Source: Paraphysomonas bandaiensis (Eukaryota > Protista > Chrysophyceae). From it: DNA of 52,038 bases. This document shows, one piece after another, positions 14,086-27,836 of this stretch (positions within the stretch are counted from its first letter, which is position 1; the number at the start of each line of letters is the position of its first letter). Location: positions 1-52,038 of the forward strand of contig CBFFRP010000256.1 of assembly GCA_965644295.1 (NCBI GenBank), written 5' to 3'. The position numbers and the translations under genes were made by a program. The notes below the pieces were generated by a model. The model was not told where the DNA came from, ran no database searches, and saw only the letters and a list, made by a program, of their open reading frames with translations.

Positions 14086-14654
14086 CTCCATTCTGAGTGC
14101 GTACTTAGTACTTAGGTAGATCTGGATGGGGGTCTAACTAATACATGATTAAGCCCCATTAGCTACCTACTGAACCCAACTGCCCCATACTGACATACTG
14201 ACATCGTAACTAATCACTGCGTGCGGCCCTCTAGAAGGTGTCTAAGCACTGCAGCATGTAGTGTTTAGACCTACAATTGCTACTGAGACATAAGTAAACA
14301 GTGTTCTACGACCACTACTTTTCTGCGGCCAATAAACAAGAATAGTATCAATACTTAGTAGTACGTACTTCTACACTGCTCTATTCTGAACGCGTACTTA
14401 GGTAGAGCCGGGTGGGGGTGGGGGTCTAACTAATACTTGATTAAGTCCCACATGTTACTTGCTAGCTATCTACTGAACCCTGCTAGCTACATTATTATCG
14501 CATGGTATTCAGCGATGAGTATGCAGAGAGAACCCGATTGGGGAACCGTCGCACTAAGCAGTGTGTACATAGGTAGAGGTGCGCGGTAGCAGCACTCGGC
14601 AGCACCCACTAGAGGGCCGCACGCAGTTGTTAGCTACGCTGTCAGTCTGGGGCA
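14086..14654. repeat. Interleaved direct (14086-14177 / 14379-14480) and inverted (14181-14240 / 14603-14654) repeats; MITE- or foldback-like
   Basis: actgcgtgcggccctctag and its reverse complement ctagagggccgcacgcagt; gggggtctaactaatac.tgattaag and ctactgaaccc each occur twice. Confidence 0.65.
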
Positions 14655-14886
14655 TTAACAACTAGGAAATATACAACCTTAGTATTAGAACCTTCTCCAA
14701 TTCTCAGCAAAACCACAATACAGCAGCAGTACAGTTAAACTCGACTAATTTCCATGTTTTAGAGTAGCAGAATATATATATTCTACAATTAAGCATGGCC
14801 CTAACAAACATCGAATTAGATTGTATAAGTCGTTGAATTGCGAGTTTGCTAGTGTATTGAAATCTGAAAAGTAAGTAATATTCTTC

Positions 14887-15128
14887 TATATAGTCTGAGC
14901 ATGGTGAGCCTCATAGCACACACTAAGAATGGAAGTGGTCGCACCTTGGTGCTTGCGGCGACGCACAAGCAGCTTCCGTAGCGTTAAATAGTAGGATAAT
15001 AGAATTTGTATTGATTAGTTACGGGTAGAGGTCTAACTAGTATGTCTAGCATTCAACTAGCCACTACATTGGTGCAGGTTCTTAACGCCTATTGCTAAAT
15101 AAAAAGACTTTTAATATATATAGTCTGA
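14887..15128 (+). mobile_element. 218-bp 5'-truncated LINE tail (14899-15116) with 12-bp target-site duplication
   Basis: Reverse-complement match to 8525-8740; flanked by TATATAGTCTGA at 14887-14898 and 15117-15128. Confidence 0.85.
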
Positions 15129-15502
15129 ACTCTGAACTGACATTCCCTAGTTTGGAGAGTTCTGCTACCACTCGTTCGCCTTACATTTAATCAACAGTTA
15201 CAGAATTTAAAACACATGTTATGCATCCGCATAACGCATCTTGTCAACAAAGTATTATTCCGAAGAAAATAATACACTATGAAATATGAAGTATATGAGA
15301 ACGCACTTTTCAGATAGCAAATCTCAACTTTTACTTGGTGTTGCTTGCTGGCAGTGGTGCTGATATTATGTGCACTCATGTGTTCCAAGAGATAAAAGTA
15401 ATAATGCTCCATAAATAGTACCAGTTTGAAAAAGTATGTATCAGGTTGAAATAAAAAAGAGAGTGGCTCGCTTACACAATTACAATTGCAATGAGAAGCT
15501 AT

Positions 15503-16085
15503 TTAAATGATACTGATACGGTTAGCAACATCAAGAGCATCGTAATCCTGTGTGAGACGAACATAAGCCTTCTTCTGTCCATCGGGTCTAATTTACGAAA
15601 GACTATTACTGAATCATATCGTCAGCAATTATAATTAATACCTGATGAGAGTGTTGACCTTGGCGGCCTTAATAGCGTAAAGCTTGTTAACGGCATCCTT
15701 GATCTGTCTCTTGTTGGACTTGACGTCAACGATGAAGACAAGGGTGTTGTTGTCCTCAATTTTCTTCATGGCAGACTCGGTGGTAAGAGGAAACTTAATC
15801 ACCTTGTAGGCATCCATCTTGGGAAGAGGCTTGACGGCCTTCTTGACAACGGTGGGGTTTCTCGCCAACTTGAGGGTAGTGGGCTTGTAGAAATGCACCT
15901 TGTTGTGCACTCTAGTAGCCTTGCGGCCACTGCCCTTCTTCAAGGCACCAGCAGCCTTCTTTGCCTTGTCTGTATATTACAAATAACATCCATCAGACAA
16001 TTATAAAGACATATGAATCAAGTAATATATCACAGTAACAACATCATAATGATAACCCACCTCCTCCTTTCTGTGTTGGGGCCAT
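15503..16085 (-). CDS. RPL23A: 60S ribosomal protein L23a (uL23), 3 exons (16085-16061, 15969-15642, 15587-15503)
   Basis: [40 protein letters not shown] and DALDVANRI after splicing. Confidence 0.97.
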
Positions 16086-16756
16086 CTCTCTTCTTTTAAT
16101 AAGATTATTATTATTATAAACTTAACGTGTGATGAGGTACTTTAACTAACTCCAATTCACCTCATCATCCATAGAGTCTGAATATATCTTTGACGGACAC
16201 AATGAAAACTGAAAATAATCAGGACATTGTTAAGTATATGGCTACAACAAGTCCTAAATACCCTTCTTTTAGTACGAAATCACTAAAACCAGGGATTTAA
16301 GGATTTCTATTAAAAACTGCCTTCTACTCTGTGTATTTCAGTATTCTAGTTACAAAATTCCATATTTTGTGTCAGAATTGCCTTGAAATTAGGAATTTAT
16401 ATGGAGGTCCGTATGTGAAGACTGCAACGTACTGCTGTACCACCACACTACAAAGCAAATATACGTTTGTGTATTTTTGTTCCAAGATGCCTCTAATATT
16501 GAGACAACAATTATATGTATTCCATCCGTAGTTGTACTTCAGTAATATAGACGATTTCTGCTTCAATTATTTTCCGAAAAATAACATGCTGACTGCCGAT
16601 ACGTACGCAGAGATGTATACGGAGATATCATACTGTAGACTCCCATATAGTAACTTAACGTACATTCCAGTATGAACTAGATCACAAGAAGATACTACAC
16701 AGATATCACATCATAGCACTCATTAAACAACATATCCTCATCCCTGTATATTACCC

Positions 16757-19232
16757 ATGATATTCCTTATATTCCTTGTCTATTTCATGGGTATTCTATC
16801 ATATGGGAGCAGTCATATCCCTCCTATTAATGTATCACAGTCCTTATCAACATGCTGTACTTACATCACACACAGTAACTCAACTAATACAAATCTTATG
16901 CAATGTATTAATCAGAGTAATATTGAAGTTGTTGATAGTTTTGTAAGAATTAAATCGAAGCCTGTTGTGGCTGTTGTCACGAGAGCCACTGAAGACATAT
17001 ACTCATATGCAGCATACAGTATATTTCTTCAGTCTATTCATGCCGATCACAATGGTTACCTTCATTATCCTGTACTTCCTGATAACAATGAGCCGGACTA
17101 CCGTACTCATAAGAAACTTACACATATACTTAATGCTTTCAATAGCACTGCCTATGAGCTGGACTATATTGTGTGGATGGATGCGGGTATCTCACTATAC
17201 TTTTGTTTCGCCATCATACCGTTAACTGAATGAATATAGATTCAATATTTCTGGATTTGGAAATGTGTATTGAAGATGTAAGTATACGGATTTTGTCATA
17301 CTTAGAACGTGATCTTTTCAATACAGGTTATTCTTGAGTTTTCAGATTCACATATTCTCATCTCAGCCGGGTCAAACTCTCTAGTGAATACTGGATTTAT
17401 TATTTTCCGCAAAGCTGCATGGACTGAAAACTTTCTTTTGCAATGGCTCGAAGCCCGCAAGCAGCAGTCAGCGTCTGACCTTCCCGCTGCGACTTTCACT
17501 GATACTATGGGTTTTGAGCACGTTTATCGCTCGTTACCCCCTGAGGAAAGGCGACTTGTGACAATACTTCACCCGGAGGCGCTGAACTCATTATCACCTC
17601 CTATGGCACGGCAGCTTCCACACCATCGCATCTTGCACCTTGCTGGTGAGACCTTGAGCATGAGAAGGAATGCATTCAAACTTGCGGCTCAGGAGGTGTG
17701 TAGTGCTCTCGATGAGGAGCGCTCGCCCAGTCATCAGCTTGGCCTTACCAGGGAAGTAATCCGATCAATTGCAGAGAAAAGGTATTTAATATTCATTTGT
17801 CAATTCATTGAATTAGTTGTAATATACATAACAAATGCACACACACTATACTTTACTTAACACCTACTCGTTTCCGTTTGAACTCCGTTGTAGTCATAGA
17901 GAGACAGCAATAATGCTACTGGAGCGATTTGTGGCGGCCAATAACTCTGCGCACACGGTGCCTCTTGGTTCTCTAGTGGGAGATTTACATGACCTTCGGT
18001 TAGTAACATTGCTGCACAGTTCCGCTTTTTGATTTTTATCCAATTGCATGTTTCATTTTTGGCAGTTTTTCAGTGGGTCACTATCAGCATGCGGTGTCAT
18101 ATGGAAACAGTTCCGAGGAACGCAGTCGAGCCATGAATCTCTACCTTGAGGCCTACAAGACTATCACAAAGGAAGTGGACTATGTTCACGATTATATCGC
18201 CATCACTGCTGCGTCTAATCGCACGAATAGTACAGACGCAGCTGCTGAGTCAAGTGAGGACTCAAGGAAAGCGTGGATCACTTGGATCGACAAAATGCGT
18301 GCCGTCCCAGAGTTCTATCTTCTTCCAAAGTTGCTCCTAATGTCTGCGGAGTTTTCTTACGAGCTCTTGAACTTCCTCGGCCCATTGGTGTACCAAGGTG
18401 AGGATCTTCTGGCCGAGTGGAATGAAGTTGCATCTAGAGTTCTTACCAATACTGGTATTCTGGGAGAGTTGGTATGTTGATTATATAGCTGGTTTCTAAT
18501 CTAAGTCCACGTGTTCGTGTAGCTACAAGAAAGTGATGCCGTATTCTACTCCGCAGCTGTGAACATGCGTGCGTCTATACTGAGAGATATGGGTGCGTGG
18601 TTGTAGCTCTATATTTCTTCGTAGCACTCTATATTACGAGTGCGCTTGAGAAATTTCTAATATATATATTGTTAGGCATGCTATATATGCATCGGCACAA
18701 CTATGCCGCTGCTATCAGCTCCCTTCGTGATTCCATGACGGTGTACGAGCGCATACGAATTTTCATTCGGCAGTCGGACCCTACCCTGCCACATATATTC
18801 GACCGAGAGGGTGAATTGAAAACTCACACAGCGCTCGCACAGACGCTCTGTATGGACCGCCAGTTCGGCGAGGCGAGTATGGATACTGGTTGTTAACTCG
18901 TTTCTCAATTGGTTGCAGGGATTGGCACGGTTCGAAGTTATTATAGACGATATGTTAAGGGATTTCGGTAATCCTCTACATCCATCACTGGCAGAGAAGT
19001 TTTTATCCAAAGGTACAGCTATAGCCCGACGCACAACTATTTATGATATTCGTGGCTGTGTTAAGGTATTTGTGAAGCGGAATTTCATCGAAGTAATGAA
19101 GCCACTCGATCATTGCAGCATGTTCTGAATATATGCCGTCGAAATGAAGGGTTTAATTTTGGCGATACACCAGACCGGGCGTTTGCATTACTTCGAATGC
19201 TTGAGAACGAAGCACGACGACAAGATCTTTAG
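16757..19232 (+). CDS. Multi-exon secretory-pathway glycosyltransferase, GT34 (GMA12/MNN10)-like, with helical/TPR-like C-terminal half
   Basis: Hydrophobic N-terminus; spliced DYIVWMDAD (DxD) motif and NTGFIIFR..W...FL..W; consecutive ORFs are joined by short introns; ends ...RRQDL-TAG. Confidence 0.75.
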
Positions 19233-21192
19233 CACTGTACTGTATAGTGAAGACTATGATTAATTCATAGGTCCTGTTTTTTGTGGCGCTGATATGTAGT
19301 TTTACGATTTTGGAGTTCATGGATTCTTCATCGCTCTTTTAGCTTTTAAAATGATTTAATAGGGAATTGTTAAAGACACGGCTTGTTTAGTTATAACCAA
19401 GGAATCTGGTCAGTACAGATTCTGAAAATGCATACGCCTGGAAGTGTCGTATTGTATTGCTCTCCGAATATGAAACGATGGTTTGTTTCACTTTCACTTT
19501 CACTTCACAAGATACCTGAACGTGTCACAGACGATTCCATGGCAGTATTACTTTTCCGGCATTATTATGTACATATCTTCTGTAGCAATAATCACCATAG
19601 TGATATAGCTTTTCACCTCTGACTGTTTTGCGTGCCGAGAGTGTACTACGGCAATACAAAAGTAGTGCAGAAATTACTGATGATATCGTATATGCAGTCA
19701 ACGTGAGTGAGAGCATAATAATACTAATAACTATTTATTTGTACTCATTTTATTACTTAAATCGTTTCAGAAAGGCTACGTTGTTATAGACTTTATTGGT
19801 ACGTCAGACGAGATAGATTGTTATTATATCATACAGAATTGTGTTATTTTACATGAAACTTATTATAACAACATATTATCATCATTCTGATAGCAACCAC
19901 TGATAAGTTTCCGTAACTTGAATCAACCCTAATACATCAATTTAAAGTTATATAGCTATACAGTATTCTGACTATGTTTTACTGTTTTTCACACTGTGTA
20001 AGAAATAATACAGTTCTATCTTAGGGAAGCATACATATTCTAACGGTAATCATGGCGGCCATGGTGTTCACCATATCCTTCGAGCACGGTATAAAATTTA
20101 ACGTGAGGAATATGAGTTAGTGTGATAACATAGTTAGGATGTTTGTACATCATCATGAGCAATACTGATAGTCGTTTTTTCCTCTTTCAATATCACAACA
20201 ACATTTTTATATCACTTGAGACTTAACTTCATCTTATACTCGTATTATTATTTAACTCCTGTTCTTTTATTATTGTACGTTAATCATGACTATTTAAAGT
20301 ATCCATTCTTCTCCAATATGTACTTGAACTTTTAAGTGTTGGAAATTGTACTCGCTATCATGTTGGAAATTGCTCATTTTTAATTCGTCGTCAGACTAGA
20401 TGGATTTATTAATATCGTTTACACGAAGTTATGATAGACAACACAAACTCATTTTGTTCCATGCATAATCTCCTACATATGTGACACCTCTCGTTACTAA
20501 ACATATCTTGAAGGATCAAACTATTTCAGTTTCTCAATATCATCACAGCATTTGTACATCACTATATTTCACTGTTTTCTTGTACATTGTCTTCAAGTGA
20601 CATACTGAATATACTAGAATAAGATCCATATTCTAATACATTGGACATTGGACAGACTTGATAATAGATGCCAACGTATTGTATACACTATAAACAGGAT
20701 TCTCATGATAATGCATTATTGTCGATAAAGTTCACCGCCAAAACATATATATAGTAAAAGTCTCCACCCAAGACAGAAGAGAGCCAGTTCCCTCTCAGCT
20801 TTATGGTAACTTACTTCTGGTTTCTTATTAATTATTTATGCCATGTTGAAATCGTAAAGAGGGGTAAATATCTTTTTTCGTTATAAATGTAGTAATATAC
20901 GAGAGTAAATAAAAAGCTTTAGTTTTGAATTAGATTTTACTTCAATAATATATTCTACATAGTATCCGAACAAAACAGATAAGATCAATCTTCAACATCT
21001 CTTCCAAGTACATTTTTCCTGCATATATATCGCAGCACTATAGATATGATACATAACACGATGAAATCCGTATTACAACAATGACCATATGGTAAACAAT
21101 AATACCAAAGAAGAAAGTTAAAAGTTTCCGTCATTGCGGAATTATTCAACTTGAGATATGTGTATGATAAACTAATCTGTTCATAAGAGAGG

Positions 21193-21459
21193 CTATACAA
21201 CAGTTACGTTAGTAAACCCTACTCTGTTATCAGTCTCTTCATTCTCCACTTTAACGGACTTAACAGCAACTTCAGTGGTGTTTTGTTGTCCTGTAGTCTC
21301 TATGGAATCGTCTGCTACTTGATTTCCATTTGGAATTGGTGCATGGCTTTGATTAGTCTTATAAAAGCAGAGACATACACAGTATATTAATATGATAAGT
21401 ATCACTACTATAAATATAATAAAGAAGAAGAGTGGCTCAGATGTTGAAACCATATTCAA
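21193..21459 (-). CDS. Possible small single-pass membrane protein
   Basis: Long hydrophobic stretch followed by YCVCLCFYK and a polar tail; no family recognised. Confidence 0.4.
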   Translation of the reverse strand: MNMVSTSEPLFFFIIFIVVILIILIYCVCLCFYKTNQSHAPIPNGNQVADDSIETTGQQNTTEVAVKSVKVENEETDNRVGFTNVTVV

Positions 21460-22178
21460 GCAAGTAGTTGAAATGAATGATTTTAGTGTTTAATTGATGT
21501 TGATGTTGATGGAATAGGATTTGAATAGATGGGATGGTAGTATGCTATATCGGCTATTGCCTTCATATAGATATATATGAATATGTGTGTTGGTTGAAGA
21601 CTTTAGAGAATAGAAGGAGCATGAGATGGTGGCTTGTTGGAGTAAGTCTCGCTCGTGCCGTCTACACATACTCATACTGCTGTACTTGCATACTTGTACT
21701 ATTGTACAGTATACCGCCGTACTATACAGTATATGGAAGAATATACTATGGATATAATCCCTCAATTTCTATGAGATTAATACATAAAATAGGGGGTTTT
21801 ATAATGAAAGCGCTTTTTTGTTTTGTTGCTGCTGCGTACTTGTAATTGCTGCCAACAGTATACAAATCTATGGTACAGAAATTAAAACCATAAATTTTAA
21901 GAAATAAATAATTAAAAATAAGGTTTTTGATAATAAAACCATACTTTTTCACTCTGTACGAGTAGCAGATCGCCATAGGATACTGCTGTACATCCCACTG
22001 TACATCTCCAGATATTGATGCATGCTGTTATCAGACACTGAACTGCTATATGAAGCATTCAGTTAATCTATCTGATATCAATCAGTCGTAATGCCTTTAT
22101 AGTTAAATGAGTGGAATGTATTAATGACATAATATATCGTATAGTAACCTCCTAACTTACTCATATATATACAGAGAT

Positions 22179-23977
22179 ATGATATACTTCTTAACTCTCT
22201 TCGTCGCTGCTCTATCAATGATCACAACCCTCTTCGTTATTGTAGTGTATTATATGTATTCACGTACAAGTCATTCACAACTACTTACAATGATTGTTTC
22301 GTTAATATTTACTGATTTCATGGTTGCTTTTTTGGTGATATTATGGCACCTGTTGCACCTGTTTATGGAGGGAAGTGATTCCATTGACTACATGTGCCAA
22401 ATCTTCTTACCGTTTCCCATATATTTTTTTATTGCTGGTTACGGTTGGACAGTTGCAGTAGCATGGAGGTTTCTCTCCGTGTCACAGGTACATGCCATAT
22501 TGTATCCATTTATTACTTTCTAACAGATGTTCAGTACGGATCTGGTGGAACCCCTTCGACTGATGCGAACAATACTTGTGTATCGAAGTTCTTCTCATTT
22601 TTTCAATCGACTAGAAAAAGCGGAGAGCTGCCTCTACCTCTGTGGAGTGTGTGGGTTGTCAGCTTTATCTGCGTTCTTCCCATGATCATTTTGAATACCA
22701 TCGGAGGACAATATGATGTAACAGAAGTTGTTAGCACGCCCGTTTCTTCAGGTATTTATTCTGTCTAGATAGATATATCATGACATTCGTCGTTTTATGA
22801 TTTTTTTGCATTAATGTAGGTGGAAAGTACTGCTTTTTCAATTCTGAGACTTGGGTGGGAAGATTAACAAATAATATTTGTTTTCAACTACCTCTTCTGC
22901 TTACCATTGCGACGAACGTTTCTGCTTTCACAGTTGGTCTTAAGGCCTTAAAGCACTCTCCACATTCGGTAATATTAACTCTGATTATATAATACTTGTA
23001 ATTTTCCGATGTGAGATATACCCTATTGTGTTTTTTGCTACTGTGTCGTTGTGCTACCGTATTGTAGAAACCCCCTGTATGCTGCGCCCTATGCTACGTA
23101 GGTATACTGTTGTGACTCCCGTGTGTATGCTGTCAGGTCATTGCCCGTGAGATGAATCGCGTGGGAAAATATCTTTTCGTTCTATTAGTTGTATGGGTAC
23201 CAAACCTTTTAGTGAATTTCTACCAGGAAATCACACCACGAGATAAATCCAACAGATATGATGTGGTTATCGAGGTATGCATGAAGTTTATTGCAATAAA
23301 TGAGTCATTGTGTTTGTGCATGGAATAGATATATTGGTTGTTGCTTTTAAAATCTTTAACCCGTGATGTATAGATAATGGTTCTCCTCACGTCTCTACAA
23401 GGCGTGCTAAATGCTCTGGTCTATGCATGGGGTCACAAATCCTTTAAACGGTAGTTTCTGTTGACATCTGTCAATCGTGCCTAACTATACTGTGAACAGG
23501 TTTGTCAAGGGCCGCTGGTCGTTGGACTCTATTGGAATGAAGGGGCTGTTGCTGGGTGCACGGAAAAATTCTCCACCGGATGAGAATTCGGCAGTAGGCA
23601 TATGGGAAACTGACCTTGACGATAACTTATACGCCAGGGAGGAAGATGGGGGAGGATACATCGGTCCATCTCCTGAAGATAGCTGGGGAAGTGTGATGCA
23701 CAACTCTACTGCCAGTCCTCTCGCGGGGTCTCAGAGAAAGAATAGTTCGATGTGTTCCGCTGAGGATGTGAGACGAGCGAGTGAGCGGCGCGAGAGGTTT
23801 AGTGCAAGTGAGAAAATCATTAGATTTGACCCAAGTCTTGATGAAGTTCAGTACTACAGAAGACGAGATCCGTCACAGCTTGCTGCACGCACTCCCCCTG
23901 TCACCACCGATAGCGAAGATAACAGTACCACCATTTCGATTCATACTGGGAGTAGTAGTGGTACAAGTAGCGTGTGA
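22179..23977 (+). CDS. 7TM receptor, cAMP-receptor (CAR)/GCR1-like, about 6 exons
   Basis: Successive TM segments across short introns; Cys at the start of TM3 (YMCQIF), FVLLVVWVPNL (TM6), SLQGVLNALVYAW (TM7) and a Ser-rich tail. Confidence 0.8.
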
Positions 23978-25010
23978 TTTCGTATACATATTAGAATAGG
24001 TGATTCTGTAGATTAATATGTGCTGCATGTCTATGTCTCCAATGTGAGCATGGTGTATACGTAGGTATGTAAGTAAAAGTTACGTTTGGTGTGGATTTTG
24101 TTTTTGCGTATGACAGTAACAGATAAAGTACTTGGTGGATATATTTATTACCTTGATTTCAATAAATAACGAACGCAACATATATATCATTGTACTATCC
24201 AGTTTACCAAATATTTGAATTGGATGTAACTATCTCGATAATGTGGAATATACACCTTCTCTCAACTTCATCTGCAATCAGTCACTCACAGCGAAAAGAA
24301 ATGTTCGGTAAGAGATGAGAAGGAGTATCGTGAATGTATTGCTCACATGTTGTTGCTGGATAACACTTATGCGGTTGATGTGTCCTGAGAATAGTGAATA
24401 TGGTATTGTTTATCTTGATAGTTATGCATCTGATCCACCGATTATTGCAATAGATCAGAGTGTCTTTCACTATAGCTGGATACTATTAACAGTGTAGTGG
24501 GGCTGGAACAGTCAAAGCCGGGATAAACATCTCTGAATGAATTCTATGAGTGTTTGGATACGATCTTAAGCTATTAGATTCTGCGATGAGATGCATGAAA
24601 CTGCATTGAGATGATATCCACAATGCATGATACCCAAAAACCTTCTATTTTCCCTTCTTAGTGTATATTTACATGAGTAAATTCTAATTATTAGGGAATT
24701 TTAATTTTTAAATCGCAATAAACCATGTTTTTATGATGTCCAGACTATGGACTATTGGATCCTATGAGCGATGTCATGTATGCATATGTGTGTGTGTTGA
24801 TGATCACCCTGGTGTTCAAGTGCAGTTAGTGTATCAGATCTCATCATATCTATCTCAGCTCATTACTTATCACTCTACTCTGTATATTGTACACAGTCAC
24901 TAAGATGGGGGTAAGCACATTTTATTATAAGCATATCTTAACATACATGGATCATATTATGTTAACAGGGGAAGCGCAAGCCCATCATATCTCTTGAGGA
25001 CTCCCTTGTT

Positions 25011-25688
25011 ATGATACCTAAATATATAGAAGAGGAGCACAGAGAGCCATATAAAACAGATGATATATTCATAAATACTGATGATAAAAGAATCATTACG
25101 AAACCGAAGAAGAAGATGAGGAGGATATCAGTGGCGGATATCGTGCTAGAAGGTCAAGAACGACTGAGTCAGAAATGTAACTCTATAAATGAAAAAACAA
25201 AATACATGAATCTAGTGGTTGAATTGCTAAACTATATTCTCTTTCAAAGACCATTGACCAAAAAGCTACATGATGATGAATTCAGTGAGGAGAATCTACA
25301 GCCAGAGAGCAACCATGTGGGAGCACTTATACATTATTTGAAAAAATACGTGGAGATAAAGGACCCGTCTGCAAGTGATTTCGGTGTGATTGGACAGGAC
25401 TTGAAAGACGATTACGAAGGTAAAACTATTCCTGAGTATATCGATGAACTCGGGTTTTCCGATCAGCTGCCACGAGGATCTAAAAGGATCGCTATAGGAC
25501 ATCTATCGAAGGCGATTATTTTAGAACGCAAAAGAATGACAAAAGAAGATTTCGAGCGAACTCATAAGAAGGTAAGCCTACCCGACCATTCATTTATGGT
25601 TATAAAATACCCCAACGACGAATTGCCTATTGTGGAAGAATGTATTCAACGAATGTACCAGCTATTCTCCTTTGAATGCATAGCCTAA
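25011..25688 (+). CDS. Intronless hypothetical protein, 225 aa
   Basis: Long ORF in AT-rich DNA with protein-like composition; family not recognised with confidence. Confidence 0.6.
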   Translation: MIPKYIEEEHREPYKTDDIFINTDDKRIITKPKKKMRRISVADIVLEGQERLSQKCNSINEKTKYMNLVVELLNYILFQRPLTKKLHDDEFSEENLQPESNHVGALIHYLKKYVEIKDPSASDFGVIGQDLKDDYEGKTIPEYIDELGFSDQLPRGSKRIAIGHLSKAIILERKRMTKEDFERTHKKVSLPDHSFMVIKYPNDELPIVEECIQRMYQLFSFECIA

Positions 25689-26838
25689 TGATATTTGTTC
25701 CAATAATAATTGTTTTGTTTGATAGCTATACGTAACCATACAGTCTAACTGTAAATATTTTTCCATCCGATGGCGTACACTAGTATTGATAGTATGGATT
25801 ATACTAAGCAAAGTATATATCTAATATTATATACTGGTGTGCGAAATCAAGCATACCTTAGAAAGCCATAGTTGCGTAGACGGTTAAATTGACTGGCCCC
25901 CAAAATCCGTCAACCACACAGAACAAGTTTGTATGTTTGTATCATATACAAGGATTATTCGACGTTGCATTGCCGTTAGTCATTCTAACCAATGTGTCAT
26001 TGCCCGCATAGCCGCCCTTCTATAGTCTATAGTAATAGTAATAACCAATACATTACTGGATTCATAACGTAGATTTAAGCTTAGTAATAGTCAGTCAATT
26101 TTGTGATTAATAGAACGTTAAGTGATGAACACAGTTATGTAGAAAAGTGAATAATAATGCAGAACATAACTATCGCACACAACGGAGTAGTTAGAAGTAT
26201 TACTGATAATGACGATCGTTATGATGACGATCACGTATCTTCAACAGATACTCTCTCTAGTTCAGTTCATGATATATTTCATTGAACATCATACCTCACA
26301 TAGACACATATACACATATACTATCTTATATTAAGTGAATTCTAATATTCATGCCGATGTTTATATTACTATATACCATATATTACTGTCTTCATACAGA
26401 TATGGAAGTAGTGGTACCCTCTATTGAGGTGGGAAAACATTTCAGTTGAGATATCGGCAGCGCTGTGCTGACGTCTTGTATCTTGTAGAGTTCGTGGTAC
26501 AAGGAATGTTTGAACTTCCGATAAGAGGAAGGGGAAAGAGATCGTTAATTGTAATCCCAAAATCATCGGATAAATGAAATTTTCTCTCATGGTAATGAAT
26601 TATGCGCTCAGCATGAAACTCAATACACCTCTTATTAGAATTTATAGTTGTCGTCCAGTCTAGTTACTGTGGCCAGAACGATGCTGCATTGTACACTATA
26701 CACTATATTAATTTGGGCAATCTTTAGCTACGACACCATGTCTCTTGAAAGGCCTTTAACAACGAAAAGAAAATTCATAGTTTCACGAATTGATTTGGAT
26801 TATTACAGATATAAAATAATTTCAGTACACAAATGGAT

Positions 26839-27300
<462 letters not shown>

Positions 27301-27653
27301 TTATAATTTGCTTCTCGTTTGTGAGTAGTTAAATTATGATTACCTTCCAGAAGACAATCCACACATGCATGCACTCAACTTTAAAGTTAAATCCAACTCT
27401 AAAGTTTCTACACAGCAACACAACTCCCTATACAAATGAATTTTTGAATATTTTAAAGGTTTTGGAGTGCTAAAAACGAATGAAAATTATGATTTTCAGG
27501 TTTTTAGTTATAAAAATAGCAATTTTGAGGCAATGTCGTCATCACTCTAAATTTTCTACACAGCAACACAATTTTGGTGAGCTGACGATTGAAATTGAAA
27601 CCGTCGTCAACTGTCATGATATTATACGGTTGTATTTGGATAGTATACAGTGC

Positions 27654-27836
27654 ATGTATGTATGTATGTATGTATGTATGTATGTATGTATGTATGTATG
27701 TATGTATGTATGTATGTATGTATTTATGTATGTATGTATGTATGTATGTATGTATGTATGTATGTATGTATGTATGTATGTATGTATGTATGTATTTATG
27801 TATGTATGTATGTATGTATGTATGTATGTATGTATG
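27654..27836. repeat. (TATG)n microsatellite
   Basis: About 45 units with two TATT interruptions. Confidence 0.98.
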
